Below the pieces are notes generated by a model. It was given only the letters and a program-made list of their open reading frames with translations, had not been told where the DNA came from and searched no databases. From positions 64,001 through 128,000 of the forward strand of contig JBFIML010000003.1 in NCBI GenBank assembly GCA_041611735.1: a stretch of 64,000 bases of DNA, in the 5' to 3' direction. Origin of the DNA: Myxococcota bacterium (lineage in GTDB: Bacteria; Myxococcota_A; UBA9160; PR03). Both the position numbers and the translations under genes were made by a program. Position 1 is the first letter of the stretch. Each line of letters opens with the position of its first letter. Below are positions 16,705 through 26,013 of this stretch, piece after piece.

Positions 16705-19572
16705 TCAGTCGAGGCCCGCGAAGGCGTCGAGAACGAGCTTGGCCTGCTCGAGCCGGTGCACGCGCATGGAGCCGGACGCCGGGCTCGCGCTCTCGGGCCG
16801 ACCGGCGTAGTGGAGCGCGCGGCCCTCCGGGAGCGCCTCCTCGATGCGATCGCGCACGAAGTTCCAGGCGCCCATGTTGTGCGGCTCCTCCTGGACCCAG
16901 AAGGCCGACTCGGCGCGCCCGTAACGCCGCACCGCCTCGGCCACCTCGGCTGCGGGCCAGGGGTAGAACTGCTCGACGCGCACGATCGCCGTGTCCGGCG
17001 CATCGGCGCAGCCCCGCTGCTCGTCGCGCTTCTCGCGTGCCTCGAGCAGGTCGTAGTAGACCTTGCCCGTGCAGAAGAGCAGGCGTCGCACGCCCTGCGG
17101 CCGCCCGGACGCCACCGCATCGTCCACGGTCATCTGGAAGCCGCCCGTCGCGAAGTCGGCCGGTCGCGAGGTGGCGCGCGGCGAGCGCAGCAGACTCTTG
17201 GGCGTGAAGATCACCAGGGGCAGCCGGTGGTTGCGCCGCATCTGCCGCCTCAGCAGGTGGAAGTACTGGGCCGGTGTCGTGCAGTTGGCCACCTGCATGT
17301 GGTCTTCGGCGCACAGCGTGAGGAAGCGCTCCATGCGCGCGCTCGAGTGCTCGGGACCCTGGCCCTCGAAGCCGTGGGGCAGCAGCATGACCAGCCCGCT
17401 CATGCGCCCCCATTTCTCGTGGGCAGACGAGACGAACTGGTCGATGATCACCTGGGCACCGTTCACGAAGTCGCCGAACTGGGCCTCCCAGATCGTGAGC
17501 GTCATGGGGTCGGCCAGGCTATAGCCGTACTCGAAGCCGAGCACCGCCGCCTCGGACAGCAGGCTGTCGTAGACCTCGAAGCGGGCCTGATTGGGCGAGA
17601 GGTGGGCCAGGGGCGCGTATTCCTGCTCGGTCTCCTGGTCGACCAGGACCGCGTGTCGCTGGCTGAAGGTGCCGCGCGAGCTGTCCTGCCCCGAGAGCCG
17701 CACCGCGTAGCCCTCGAGCAGTAGCGTCCCGAAGGCCAGGGCCTCGCCGAGCGCCCAATCCACCGCGCCGTTCTCGGCCACCACCTTGCGCCGGCGCTCC
17801 AGGAAGGGCGCGAGCTTCGGGTGCACGTGGAAGCCGGGCGGCAGCTCCGCGAGGCGCTCGGCGACCTGGTTGAGGCGCTCCACGGAGACGGCCGTGTCGG
17901 GCTCGTTGGACGGCAGCGTGCGCGAGAACCCGGTCCAGGGTCCACGGGGCTCCCAGGGCTCGTCGGGCTCCGGCGCGCCGGTCTTGATCACCTGGAGCGC
18001 CTGTTGGAGTTGATCGTTCAGATCCTCTTCGATGCGGCGCGCGTCCTCTTCCCGGAGCAGGCCCAGGTTCATGAGCTTGGCGGTGTAGAGGCGGCGCACC
18101 GGCGGGCGCTGGCGGATCTTCTCGTAGAGCAAGGGCTGCGTGTAACTGGGCTCGTCGCCCTCGTTGTGTCCGTGCCGCCGGTAGCAGACGAGATCGATCA
18201 CCACGTCGTCGCCGAAGCGCTCCCGATAGGCGAAGGCGAGCTTCACGCAGTGGACCACCGCCTCGGGATCGTCTCCGTTCACGTGGAAGATCGGCACCTG
18301 GATCATCTTGGCGACGTCGGTGCAGTAGAGCGTGGAGCGGGCCTCCGACGGCGTGGTCGTGAAGCCGATCTGGTTGTTCACCACCACGTGGATGGTGCCG
18401 CCGGTCGAGTAGCCCACCAGCCCGGAGAGGTTCAGGGTCTCGGCCACGATGCCCTGGCCGGCGAAGGCCGCGTCGCCGTGGATCAGGAGCGGCGCGATGG
18501 AGCGCCCGCGCAGGTCCCCGGCGTTCACCTGCTTGGCCCGCGCCCTGCCCTCCACCACCGGATTCACGGCCTCCAGATGCGAGGGGTTGGCGGTGAGCGA
18601 GAGGTGCACGCGCTGCCCCGACCGGGTGCGCCGGTCGCTCGAGAAGCCCTTGTGGTACTTCACGTCGCCGGACCCGAAGGGCGCCTCGGGGAGCTCGATG
18701 TCCTCGAACTCGCCGAAGATCGACTCGAGCGACTTGCAGAGAACGTTGGAGAGCACGTTCAGGCGGCCGCGGTGCGCCATGCCGATCACGAACTCCCGGA
18801 CGCCGAAATCGGGGGCAGTCTCCACCAGGCTGTCGAGCAGCGGGATCAGCGACTCGGCCCCTTCCAGGGAGAAGCGCTTCTGGCCCAGGAAGCGGGTGTG
18901 GAGGAAGCGCTCGAAGAGCTCCGCCGCGGAGAGCTTCTCGAGGATCCGCAGGCGGTCTTCGAGGTCGAGGGCGGTCTCGTTCTGGGTCTCCTCCATGCGC
19001 TTCTGGAGCCAGACCTTGCGTCCGGGGTCCTGGATGTGGGTGAACTCGACGCCCACGGTGCGGCAGTAGGTGGCGCGCAGGCGGTCCAGGATCTCGCGCA
19101 GGGTCTGGACGGGCCCGCCGGGGAGGTCTCCGGCGATGACGGGGCGGTCCAGATCCTCGGCGCCGAAGCCGTAGTGGGCCGGATCCAGCTCGGGGAAGTA
19201 CGAGGCGTGGCCCCCGAGCGGGTCGAAGTCCGCCACGCGATGGCCGCGCGCCCGGTAGGAGTGGATCAGGCGCAGGACGCGCGCGTGCTTCTCGGCGTCG
19301 CGACGGTCGAGGGGGGTCTCGGGAGGGGCGGGGGCAGGCTCCGCCCGGGCAGCAGCCTCCGCGGCCCGGGGCGGGGACGCTCCGGGCTCGAAGAGCTGGC
19401 GCCAGCTCGGGTCCACCGAGCTGGGGTCCACCTCGTAGCGCTGGCGGATCTCCTCCACCAGGGCGGCGTTCACCCCGAAGCCGGCCAGTTCCTCCGAGTG
19501 CGGTTCGGAATCGCCTCGGGGGGGGGTCTCCTCGCGTTCGGAGGCCTGCTCTGGCCGCCCTTCGGTAGGCAT
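16705..19572 (-). CDS. sucA: 2-oxoglutarate dehydrogenase E1 component
   Basis: GQKRFSLEG, GMAHRGRLNVL, GDVKYH, NPSHLE, HGDAAFAGQG (ThDP), YRRHGHNEGD, WEAQFGDF, LLPHGFEGQGPEHSS. Confidence 0.97.
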   Translation of the reverse strand: MPTEGRPEQASEREETPPRGDSEPHSEELAGFGVNAALVEEIRQRYEVDPSSVDPSWRQLFEPGASPPRAAEAAARAEPAPAPPETPLDRRDAEKHARVLRLIHSYRARGHRVADFDPLGGHASYFPELDPAHYGFGAEDLDRPVIAGDLPGGPVQTLREILDRLRATYCRTVGVEFTHIQDPGRKVWLQKRMEETQNETALDLEDRLRILEKLSAAELFERFLHTRFLGQKRFSLEGAESLIPLLDSLVETAPDFGVREFVIGMAHRGRLNVLSNVLCKSLESIFGEFEDIELPEAPFGSGDVKYHKGFSSDRRTRSGQRVHLSLTANPSHLEAVNPVVEGRARAKQVNAGDLRGRSIAPLLIHGDAAFAGQGIVAETLNLSGLVGYSTGGTIHVVVNNQIGFTTTPSEARSTLYCTDVAKMIQVPIFHVNGDDPEAVVHCVKLAFAYRERFGDDVVIDLVCYRRHGHNEGDEPSYTQPLLYEKIRQRPPVRRLYTAKLMNLGLLREEDARRIEEDLNDQLQQALQVIKTGAPEPDEPWEPRGPWTGFSRTLPSNEPDTAVSVERLNQVAERLAELPPGFHVHPKLAPFLERRRKVVAENGAVDWALGEALAFGTLLLEGYAVRLSGQDSSRGTFSQRHAVLVDQETEQEYAPLAHLSPNQARFEVYDSLLSEAAVLGFEYGYSLADPMTLTIWEAQFGDFVNGAQVIIDQFVSSAHEKWGRMSGLVMLLPHGFEGQGPEHSSARMERFLTLCAEDHMQVANCTTPAQYFHLLRRQMRRNHRLPLVIFTPKSLLRSPRATSRPADFATGGFQMTVDDAVASGRPQGVRRLLFCTGKVYYDLLEAREKRDEQRGCADAPDTAIVRVEQFYPWPAAEVAEAVRRYGRAESAFWVQEEPHNMGAWNFVRDRIEEALPEGRALHYAGRPESASPASGSMRVHRLEQAKLVLDAFAGLD

Positions 19573-19779
19573 CGGGGACTCGGCTCCTCGCTCGAGCGCG
19601 GCGTCGCAGCGCCTGCCGCTCGCCTTCTCATGTGTACAACACGGTCATCGGTAGTTCCACGCCGGCTCCTGAGCGGCACGCTGGCCGGCGTGAGACGGGC
19701 GAAGCCTCGGAGAGGTTCACGACGGGCCGGCGCGGGGCCGTGCTAGGCTGATTCGCCCCTGCAAGAGGCGCCGGAGGCC

Positions 19780-20169
19780 ATGGAGCCGCTCTCGCTCTTC
19801 GTGATCTGCGCCCTGATCGGAATCGTCGCGGGGACCCTGGGCGGTCTGCTCGGCGTCGGGGGTGGCGTGGTGATGGTCCCCGCCTTCCTGCGACTGCTCG
19901 GCATGCCGGCCCGGGAGGCGGTCGGCACCTCCATGGCGGTCATCCTCTTCACCGCCCTGGTGGCGGCAGGCCGCCACTATCAACTCGGCCACGTGAACCC
20001 CCGCATCGTGGCCGTGGTGGCGGGGACGGCCATGGCCGGCGGCTGGCTGGGCGCCACCTTGACCTCCCGGCTGCCAGACCGACAGCTGCGGATCCTCTTC
20101 GCCCTGTTCCTGATGGCGGTCGCCATCCAGATGCTGACGCGGGCTCTTCGGGCCGACGCATCCTCCTGA
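19780..20169 (+). CDS. TauE/SafE (sulfite exporter-like) membrane protein, single repeat
   Basis: GGLLGVGGGVVMVP and AVGTS motifs; 129 aa, hydrophobic; GGAGG RBS. Confidence 0.85.
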   Translation: MEPLSLFVICALIGIVAGTLGGLLGVGGGVVMVPAFLRLLGMPAREAVGTSMAVILFTALVAAGRHYQLGHVNPRIVAVVAGTAMAGGWLGATLTSRLPDRQLRILFALFLMAVAIQMLTRALRADASS

Positions 20170-20270
20170 AGGACCGAACATGGGGTGGATCTACCCCGAT
20201 AGAATGCTTCTTCGCATATCTTCGATCAAGTACAACTTTTTTCATTGACGGATGGGTCGTTTCCCAGCTC

Positions 20271-20279
20271 TGATAGGAT
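20271..20279 (+). promoter_or_regulatory. Candidate extended -10 promoter (TGnTAGGAT) for the devBCA-like operon
   Basis: TGATAGGAT at the end of a conspicuously AT-rich intergenic stretch, 30 nt before the devB-like ATG. Confidence 0.4.
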
Positions 20280-20309
20280 CCGCAGCGATCCCATGGGAGG
20301 GGCCGCCCG

Positions 20310-21164
20310 ATGCGGGTCGGGCCCCGAAGAAAAGCCTCGCGGCTCCTTGGAGCGGTGCTGGTCGCCCTGGCGGGCGCCCTCGCGCTCTCCTCGCACCCCC
20401 GGCAGACCGTCCCGTCGGACGCCGCCTCCGCCGGGGCGTCCGAGCCGCCGGGGCCGCCGGTGGTCACGGCCCTCGGACGTCTCGAACCGCGCCACGGAAT
20501 CCGCCGTCTGGCCGGCCCCTCGCGGCCGGTGGCCGTCGTCGACCGGCTCCTGGTCGAGGAGGGCGACCGGGTGCAGGCGGGACAGATCGTTGCGCTCCTC
20601 GACGACGAGGCCCTGCGCGAGGCGGACATCACCCGCGCCGCGGCGCGCCTGCGCAACGCCCAGGCCGAGCTGCGCCGGCACGTGGCCCTCTACGAGGAGC
20701 GGGTCATCTCCGACGCCGCGCGGGAGAGGTTGGAGCTCGAGATGGAGCTCGCCGGCGCCCGGCTGCGAAGCGCTCACACCGAGCTGGAGCGGACGCGCGT
20801 GCGGTCGCCCGTGGACGGGCAGGTGATCGACATCCACGCCCGCGCGGGCGAGCGGGTGGGGCCCGAGGGCATCCTGGAAATCGGTGAGACGGACCAGATG
20901 TATGCCATCGCGGAGGTCTACGAGACCGATGTGGCGCGGCTGCGGCCCGGCCAGCGGGCGACCGTCCGCAGCCCGGCCCTGCCCCTGCCCCTGCAAGGCA
21001 GCATCGACCGCATCGGCCTGAAGGTGGGCAAGATGGACCAGCTCGGGACCGATCCCGCCGCCCGCACCGACGCCCGGGTCGTGGAGGTCGACGTGCGTCT
21101 CGAGGAGAGCCCCGTCGCGGCCCCGTACAGCCTGATGCAGGTGGAGGTGGTGTTCGAGCCGTGA
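20310..21164 (+). CDS. devB: DevB-type membrane fusion (periplasmic adaptor) protein
   Basis: N-terminal TM, VTALGRLEP, LLVEEGDRVQAGQ, AEVYETDV, DPAARTDARVVEV. Confidence 0.88.
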   Translation: MRVGPRRKASRLLGAVLVALAGALALSSHPRQTVPSDAASAGASEPPGPPVVTALGRLEPRHGIRRLAGPSRPVAVVDRLLVEEGDRVQAGQIVALLDDEALREADITRAAARLRNAQAELRRHVALYEERVISDAARERLELEMELAGARLRSAHTELERTRVRSPVDGQVIDIHARAGERVGPEGILEIGETDQMYAIAEVYETDVARLRPGQRATVRSPALPLPLQGSIDRIGLKVGKMDQLGTDPAARTDARVVEVDVRLEESPVAAPYSLMQVEVVFEP

Positions 21165-22333
21165 ACCATCCGCTCGCAACGCTCGCCAGGCTGCCGTTGG
21201 GGTGGCTGCAGCTCCGCAAGGACAAGCCACGTCTGCTGGTGGCGATCGCCGGCGTCGCCTTCGCAGTGATCCTCATCCTGATGCAGCTCGGATTCCGTGA
21301 ATCCATGTTCGCGAGCGCAGTCCGCTACCACGAACACCTTCGCTACGACGTCGTCCTGCTTAGCTCCGAGACCGCCTTCATCGTCCAACCCCATCCCTTC
21401 TCCAGCCGTCGGCTCTACCAGGCGCTCGGCGCGCCCGGCGTCGCCTCCGTGGCCCCGATCTACGCGGGCCTCGGCGACTGGAGGAACCCGCACAACGGAG
21501 ATCGGACCTCCATCTACGTGGTCGGTGTCCGCCCGGAAGACGACCCCCTGGAGCTGCCCGGCCTCGCGGTGCCGCTGGGGCGTACCGCCCTCGCGGACTT
21601 CGTCCTCTTCGACGAGGCTTCGCGCCCGGACTACGGCCCCATTGCAGCGGAGCTCCGCGCGGGCGGCCCCGTGACCGCCGAGCTCAACAACCGTGAAGTC
21701 TCCGTGGTGGGCCTCTTCCAGCTCGGCACCTCGTTCGGCATCTCGGGAAGCGTGATCACCAGCGACGCCAACTTCCTGCGCTTGTTTCCGTTCCGAACCC
21801 GCGGCCTGATCGACTTCGGTCTGGTCCGCCTCCATCCCGGGGCAGACCCGGATCGGGTCCGCGATGCGCTGCGTGCGAGCCTCCCCGGCGACGTCCTGGT
21901 CTTCACGCGCTCCGACTTCATCGCCCGCGAGCGCACCTACTGGGACACCTACACACCCATCGGATACGTGTTCGCGTTCGGCGTGATGATCGGGCTGGTC
22001 GTCGGGTCCATCATCGTCTACCAGATCCTGTTTGCGGACGTGACAGACCACCTCCCGGAGTACGCCACCCTCAAGGCCATGGGCTACTCGGACACCTTCC
22101 TGGGCGTCGTCGTGATCCAGCAGGCTTCGATTCTCGCGACCCTGGGCTACCTGCCCGGCGTCGCCATCGCCCTCGGGCTCTACCAGACCGCGGGGCGGGC
22201 CACGCGCCTGCCCCTGGAGATGACCTGGGAGCGCGCCGCCGGCGTCTTCGTCCTCACGCTGGCCATGTGCTCGCTCTCCGCCTTGATGGCGCTCCGCAAG
22301 GTGCGTGCGGCGGATCCCGCGGACGTGTTCTGA
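21161..22333 (+). CDS. devC: DevC-type ABC permease (FtsX/MacB-like)
   Basis: PLGWLQL...RLLVAIAGVAFAVILILMQLGF, IVYQILFADV.DHLPEYATLKAMGY, terminal ADPADVF. Confidence 0.92.
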   Translation: MNHPLATLARLPLGWLQLRKDKPRLLVAIAGVAFAVILILMQLGFRESMFASAVRYHEHLRYDVVLLSSETAFIVQPHPFSSRRLYQALGAPGVASVAPIYAGLGDWRNPHNGDRTSIYVVGVRPEDDPLELPGLAVPLGRTALADFVLFDEASRPDYGPIAAELRAGGPVTAELNNREVSVVGLFQLGTSFGISGSVITSDANFLRLFPFRTRGLIDFGLVRLHPGADPDRVRDALRASLPGDVLVFTRSDFIARERTYWDTYTPIGYVFAFGVMIGLVVGSIIVYQILFADVTDHLPEYATLKAMGYSDTFLGVVVIQQASILATLGYLPGVAIALGLYQTAGRATRLPLEMTWERAAGVFVLTLAMCSLSALMALRKVRAADPADVF

Positions 22334-23667
22334 TGCACGAAGCAGCACCCATCGTGCTCCGGGGGGTCAATCACTTCTACGGAGAGGGGCCCCTGCGCAG
22401 ACAGATCCTCCACGACATCAGCGTGGAGATCGACGCCGGGCAGATCGTCATCGTCACGGGCCCCTCCGGCTCCGGGAAGACGACCCTGCTGATGCTGGTC
22501 GGCGCGCTGCGATCCCCCCAGGAGGGCAGCGTGCGCGTGCTGGACCGCGAGCTGCGGGGTGCGCGGACGGACGTCCTCGAGGAGGTACGCACCCGCATCG
22601 GATACGTGTTCCAGGCCCACAATCTCCTGGATGCGTTGACGGCGCAGCAGAACGTCATGATGTCGCTGCTGCTTCATCCGGGCGTACCGCAGCGAGAAGC
22701 TCGAGCCCGGGCGGCCGAGGCGCTGTCGACGGTCTCCCTCGCCGACAAGCTGGAGGTCCGGCCGGCGCGGCTCTCCGGCGGACAGCGCCAGCGCGTGGCC
22801 ATCGCCCGGGCGCTGGCGCACGGTCCGCGCATCATCCTCGCCGACGAGCCCACCGCGTCACTGGACAAGAAGTCCGGGCGGGACGTGGCCGATTTGATCC
22901 GGCGGCTCGCCCGGGAGCACCGGGTGACCGTCCTCCTGGTCACCCATGACAATCGGATCCTCGACATCGCCGACCGGATCCTCCATCTGGAAGACGGCCG
23001 ACTCCAGTCGCTCACCGACGCGGTCCTGCTCAGCACCCAGCTCATGATGGGCACCCTGGCCGACCACAAGCGCAAGGGCGGAATCGACCGCCAGTTGGAG
23101 GGCATGACGGACGACGACTTCCTCGCCTGGCTCGACGAGGCGACGGCGGAGTCGAAGCGCTTCCTCGAGGTGACCCGTCTCGCCCAGAGTGATGCCTTCG
23201 AGAGCATGCTGGAGCAGGTCCTGCGCGCCGCCACGTTCCGCTTTGCACGGATGGCGCAGGTGGAGCGGGCCTCCCTGTTCCTGGTCGACCCGGAGCGACG
23301 CGATCTCTTGATCAAGGTGGCCCGGGAGGAAGGAGGTCGGCCGCTGGAGGCGCGCCTGCCCATGGATCGGGGCATTGCCGGTCACGTGGCGACCAGCGGC
23401 CGCAGCCTGCGGGTGGACGACGCCTATGCGCACCCGCTCTTCAATCGGGAAGTGGACCAGCAGACCGGCTTCCGAACCCGGACGATCCTTTGTGTCCCGA
23501 TCCGGAATGCGTCGGGCGAGGTCTTCGCCGTCGCCCAGTTGTTGAACCGGATCGACGGTCGGCTCTTCGACGCGGCGGACGAGGAGCGCTTTGGCGATTT
23601 CGTGGCTTCCATCGGCGTCGTGCTCGAGAGCTGGCTCGAGATGCAGGCGCGCAGGGAGGTGGCCTGA
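22333..23667 (+). CDS. devA: DevA-type ABC ATPase fused to C-terminal GAF domain
   Basis: GPSGSGKTT, IGYVFQAHNL, LSGGQRQR, LADEPTASLD, VTHDNRILD; then GIAGHVA, DQQTGFRTRTILCVPI, LLNR...FDAADE. Confidence 0.92.
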   Translation: MHEAAPIVLRGVNHFYGEGPLRRQILHDISVEIDAGQIVIVTGPSGSGKTTLLMLVGALRSPQEGSVRVLDRELRGARTDVLEEVRTRIGYVFQAHNLLDALTAQQNVMMSLLLHPGVPQREARARAAEALSTVSLADKLEVRPARLSGGQRQRVAIARALAHGPRIILADEPTASLDKKSGRDVADLIRRLAREHRVTVLLVTHDNRILDIADRILHLEDGRLQSLTDAVLLSTQLMMGTLADHKRKGGIDRQLEGMTDDDFLAWLDEATAESKRFLEVTRLAQSDAFESMLEQVLRAATFRFARMAQVERASLFLVDPERRDLLIKVAREEGGRPLEARLPMDRGIAGHVATSGRSLRVDDAYAHPLFNREVDQQTGFRTRTILCVPIRNASGEVFAVAQLLNRIDGRLFDAADEERFGDFVASIGVVLESWLEMQARREVA

Positions 23668-24453
23668 GTGGATCTGGCGCAGGCGGGCAGATCGGGTCGG
23701 GCGAGCCTCGCCGCATTGGCGTCGCGTACGGAACGCACGCTCATCGTGCTCACGCTCTTCACCTACTACTGCATCGGCTACTTCCGCATCGGGAATGGCC
23801 CGACCGACGTCGAGTACACCCTGCTCACGGCCCTCGACCGCCGGATCCCCTTCGTTCCCGAGTCGATCTTCGTCTACGCGTCGGTGTACTTCCTGCTGCT
23901 TCTCCCGCTGTTCGTGGTGCGCTGCCCGGCGCTGCTTCGCCGGGTGGCGCTGGGCTACGCGATCACGATCGGCGTGGCGTTCGCGTCGTTCCTGGCCTGG
24001 CCCGTCACGTCGCTGGGGTTGCGGGCCGACCTGACCGCCCTCGACCCGGCGCATTTCACGACCTGGGGAATGCGCACCCTGTATGCCCTGGACCCGCCCC
24101 GGAACCTGTTTCCTTCGCTGCACGTGGCCGTGGCGGCGCTGGCGGCGCTGGCCGCTCACAAGGCAGGATCACCCTCGGCCCGCGTCGCGATTCCCTGGGT
24201 CGGGGCCATTGCCATCTCCACCTGCACGGTCAAGCAGCACTTCTGGGTCGACGGCGCAGTGGGCCTGCTGGTCGGGGCGGCGGTGTACGCGCTGTTGGTG
24301 AGGCCGTTCGCGGCGGAGACCCGGCGGCGCCACGAGATCGCCTTCCCCTGGCTCGGTCCTACCTCGTTCCTGGGCACCGTCGTGGGCGGCTATCTCGGCT
24401 TCTACGCCGCCTTCCGCCTGGGGGTGGAGCCCTGGACCTGGCTGGGGCCGTGA
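23668..24453 (+). CDS. PAP2-superfamily membrane protein (inositol-phosphorylceramide synthase-like)
   Basis: LDRRIPFVP, DPPRNLFPSLHVA, STCTVKQHFWVD; starts immediately after the devA-GAF stop. Confidence 0.8.
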   Translation: MDLAQAGRSGRASLAALASRTERTLIVLTLFTYYCIGYFRIGNGPTDVEYTLLTALDRRIPFVPESIFVYASVYFLLLLPLFVVRCPALLRRVALGYAITIGVAFASFLAWPVTSLGLRADLTALDPAHFTTWGMRTLYALDPPRNLFPSLHVAVAALAALAAHKAGSPSARVAIPWVGAIAISTCTVKQHFWVDGAVGLLVGAAVYALLVRPFAAETRRRHEIAFPWLGPTSFLGTVVGGYLGFYAAFRLGVEPWTWLGP

Positions 24454-24465
24454 CGCGCCGCGGTC

Positions 24466-25350
24466 CTACTCCCCGGCGGCCGCCGCGGCGCGGATCTCGG
24501 CCACCACGAGCTCCGGACGCTGCATGGGGATCAGGTGCCCCGTGTCGGCGTCCACCACCTCCGCCGCGCGCATGCCGGCGGCGAGCTTCTCGTAGGCGGC
24601 GCGCGAGAAGTCCCCGTGCCGGGCCCAGAGGATCCGGGTCGGCGCCAGGACCTGGGCCGCCAGGCCGAAGACGTCCAGGCTTCCGCTGTTCTCGAAGATG
24701 GTGGCCTCCACCTCCGGCGAGCACTTGAGCGTCACCCGGCCGTCCGGCAGCTCCCGCAGCCCGTCCGCCGCGTAGGCGTCCAGGGCCTGCGGATCCCAGC
24801 CCGCAAAGAAGCGGCGTCGGGCCCAGCTGGCGCGCGCTTCGTCGCGGCTCGGCCAGATCTCCCGTCGGCGACGGGCCGTGGCGGCCAGCAGGCGGATGCG
24901 CCGCATGCGGTCGGGGTCCGGCCGCATTCCGGGCGGGAGCGGCAGCACCGGATCGAGGAGCAGCAGCCGCCCGAAGAGCTCGGGCCGCCGGGCGGCGGCG
25001 GCGAGCGTGGCGGTGCCCCCGAAGGAGTGTCCGACGCCCACCGCCACCCGGCCGTCCGGATGCTCGGCGGCGAGGCGGGCGGCCACCTCCACCAGGTCGT
25101 CCACGAAGCGGTCCCAGAGGAAGGCCCGGGTCTCCGGGGGGCGGTCCGAGTCCCCGTGGCCGCGAGCGTCGATCGCCACCACCCGATGGCGTCCCGCCAG
25201 GGCCTCGGCCACCGGCGTCCACAACCCGGCGCAGAAGCCGTTGGCATGGTGCAGGAGGACGAGAGGACCCCGATCCCCCCACTCGGCGAGGGCGAGCACG
25301 AGCCCCGCGTCGGCGAGGCGCAGGCGACGTCGACGCGGGGCCCGCGTCAT
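24466..25350 (-). CDS. Alpha/beta fold hydrolase
   Basis: HHANGF oxyanion region, DARGHGDS, GHSFGG nucleophile elbow, GHLIPM. Confidence 0.9.
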   Translation of the reverse strand: MTRAPRRRRLRLADAGLVLALAEWGDRGPLVLLHHANGFCAGLWTPVAEALAGRHRVVAIDARGHGDSDRPPETRAFLWDRFVDDLVEVAARLAAEHPDGRVAVGVGHSFGGTATLAAAARRPELFGRLLLLDPVLPLPPGMRPDPDRMRRIRLLAATARRRREIWPSRDEARASWARRRFFAGWDPQALDAYAADGLRELPDGRVTLKCSPEVEATIFENSGSLDVFGLAAQVLAPTRILWARHGDFSRAAYEKLAAGMRAAEVVDADTGHLIPMQRPELVVAEIRAAAAAGE

Positions 25351-25375
25351 CCGGGCTGCGAGCTGCCGACGACGC

Positions 25376-25903
25376 CTAGCGAGCGGGGGCCAGGGCGCCC
25401 GCCAGGAGCGCCGGGCGGCCGTCCACGTCGCCGACGCGGGCCAGCAGGGTCCCGTCCTCCGCGTGGGCAGCCACCGCATTCGCCTCCCGCACCAGGCGGA
25501 AGCGACGCTCGAAGCCGTCCGTACCCCGGATCGCCACGGCGATGGCGCCGTCCGCCTGGAGGGTCAGCGTCGCCTGGGAGCCATCCGGACCCTGAACCAC
25601 GCGCGTGGCGCCCGCGGCGTGGGGCTGCACCGGGTTCTCCCCCGTCCAGAACTCGATCGAGTTGGTGATCAACGCGTCGATCCAAGCTGCCAGCCCGTAG
25701 ATCGGAATCACGTTCAGCACCAGGAAGACGAACCAGCGCATCCACTTGTCGGGGCTCACCTGCTGGTTGAAGTGGTAGACGTTGCGCACCAGCTGGAAGC
25801 GCCCGAAGCACCCCACCGTGGCGAGCGGCAGGAAGGCCAGGAGCAGCCCCGCCCCGGCGAACCGCCGCCAGGCGTTCGATCCGAGCCAGCCGTTCTCGTG
25901 CAT
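25376..25903 (-). CDS. DUF3332-family putative lipoprotein
   Basis: Signal peptide ending TVG-C, CFGRFQL, IPIYG...DALITNSIEFWTGENP. Confidence 0.8.
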   Translation of the reverse strand: MHENGWLGSNAWRRFAGAGLLLAFLPLATVGCFGRFQLVRNVYHFNQQVSPDKWMRWFVFLVLNVIPIYGLAAWIDALITNSIEFWTGENPVQPHAAGATRVVQGPDGSQATLTLQADGAIAVAIRGTDGFERRFRLVREANAVAAHAEDGTLLARVGDVDGRPALLAGALAPAR

Positions 25904-26013
25904 CGCGATCCCCCCTTTTCCTTCGTGGGCGGGCGCAGTCTACCACTCCGGGTGCGGTCGGCTGCCCCGCTGGGAAGCGGCGTCCCGCCCCGCGCCGTGG
26001 TTCACTGGTGGGC

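Noticed and set aside
13634-16810. 1058-aa plus-strand ORF
   Set aside because: Alternative frame over the ATPase, VOC and isomerase genes; low-complexity Arg/Pro/Gly composition
19573-19779. Possible sucA leader RNA motif
   Set aside because: No conserved structure recognisable by eye; an Rfam/Infernal search would be needed
20245-20279. Canonical sigma70 pair TTGACG / TAGGAT
   Set aside because: The spacer is 23 nt, too long; only the extended -10 was kept
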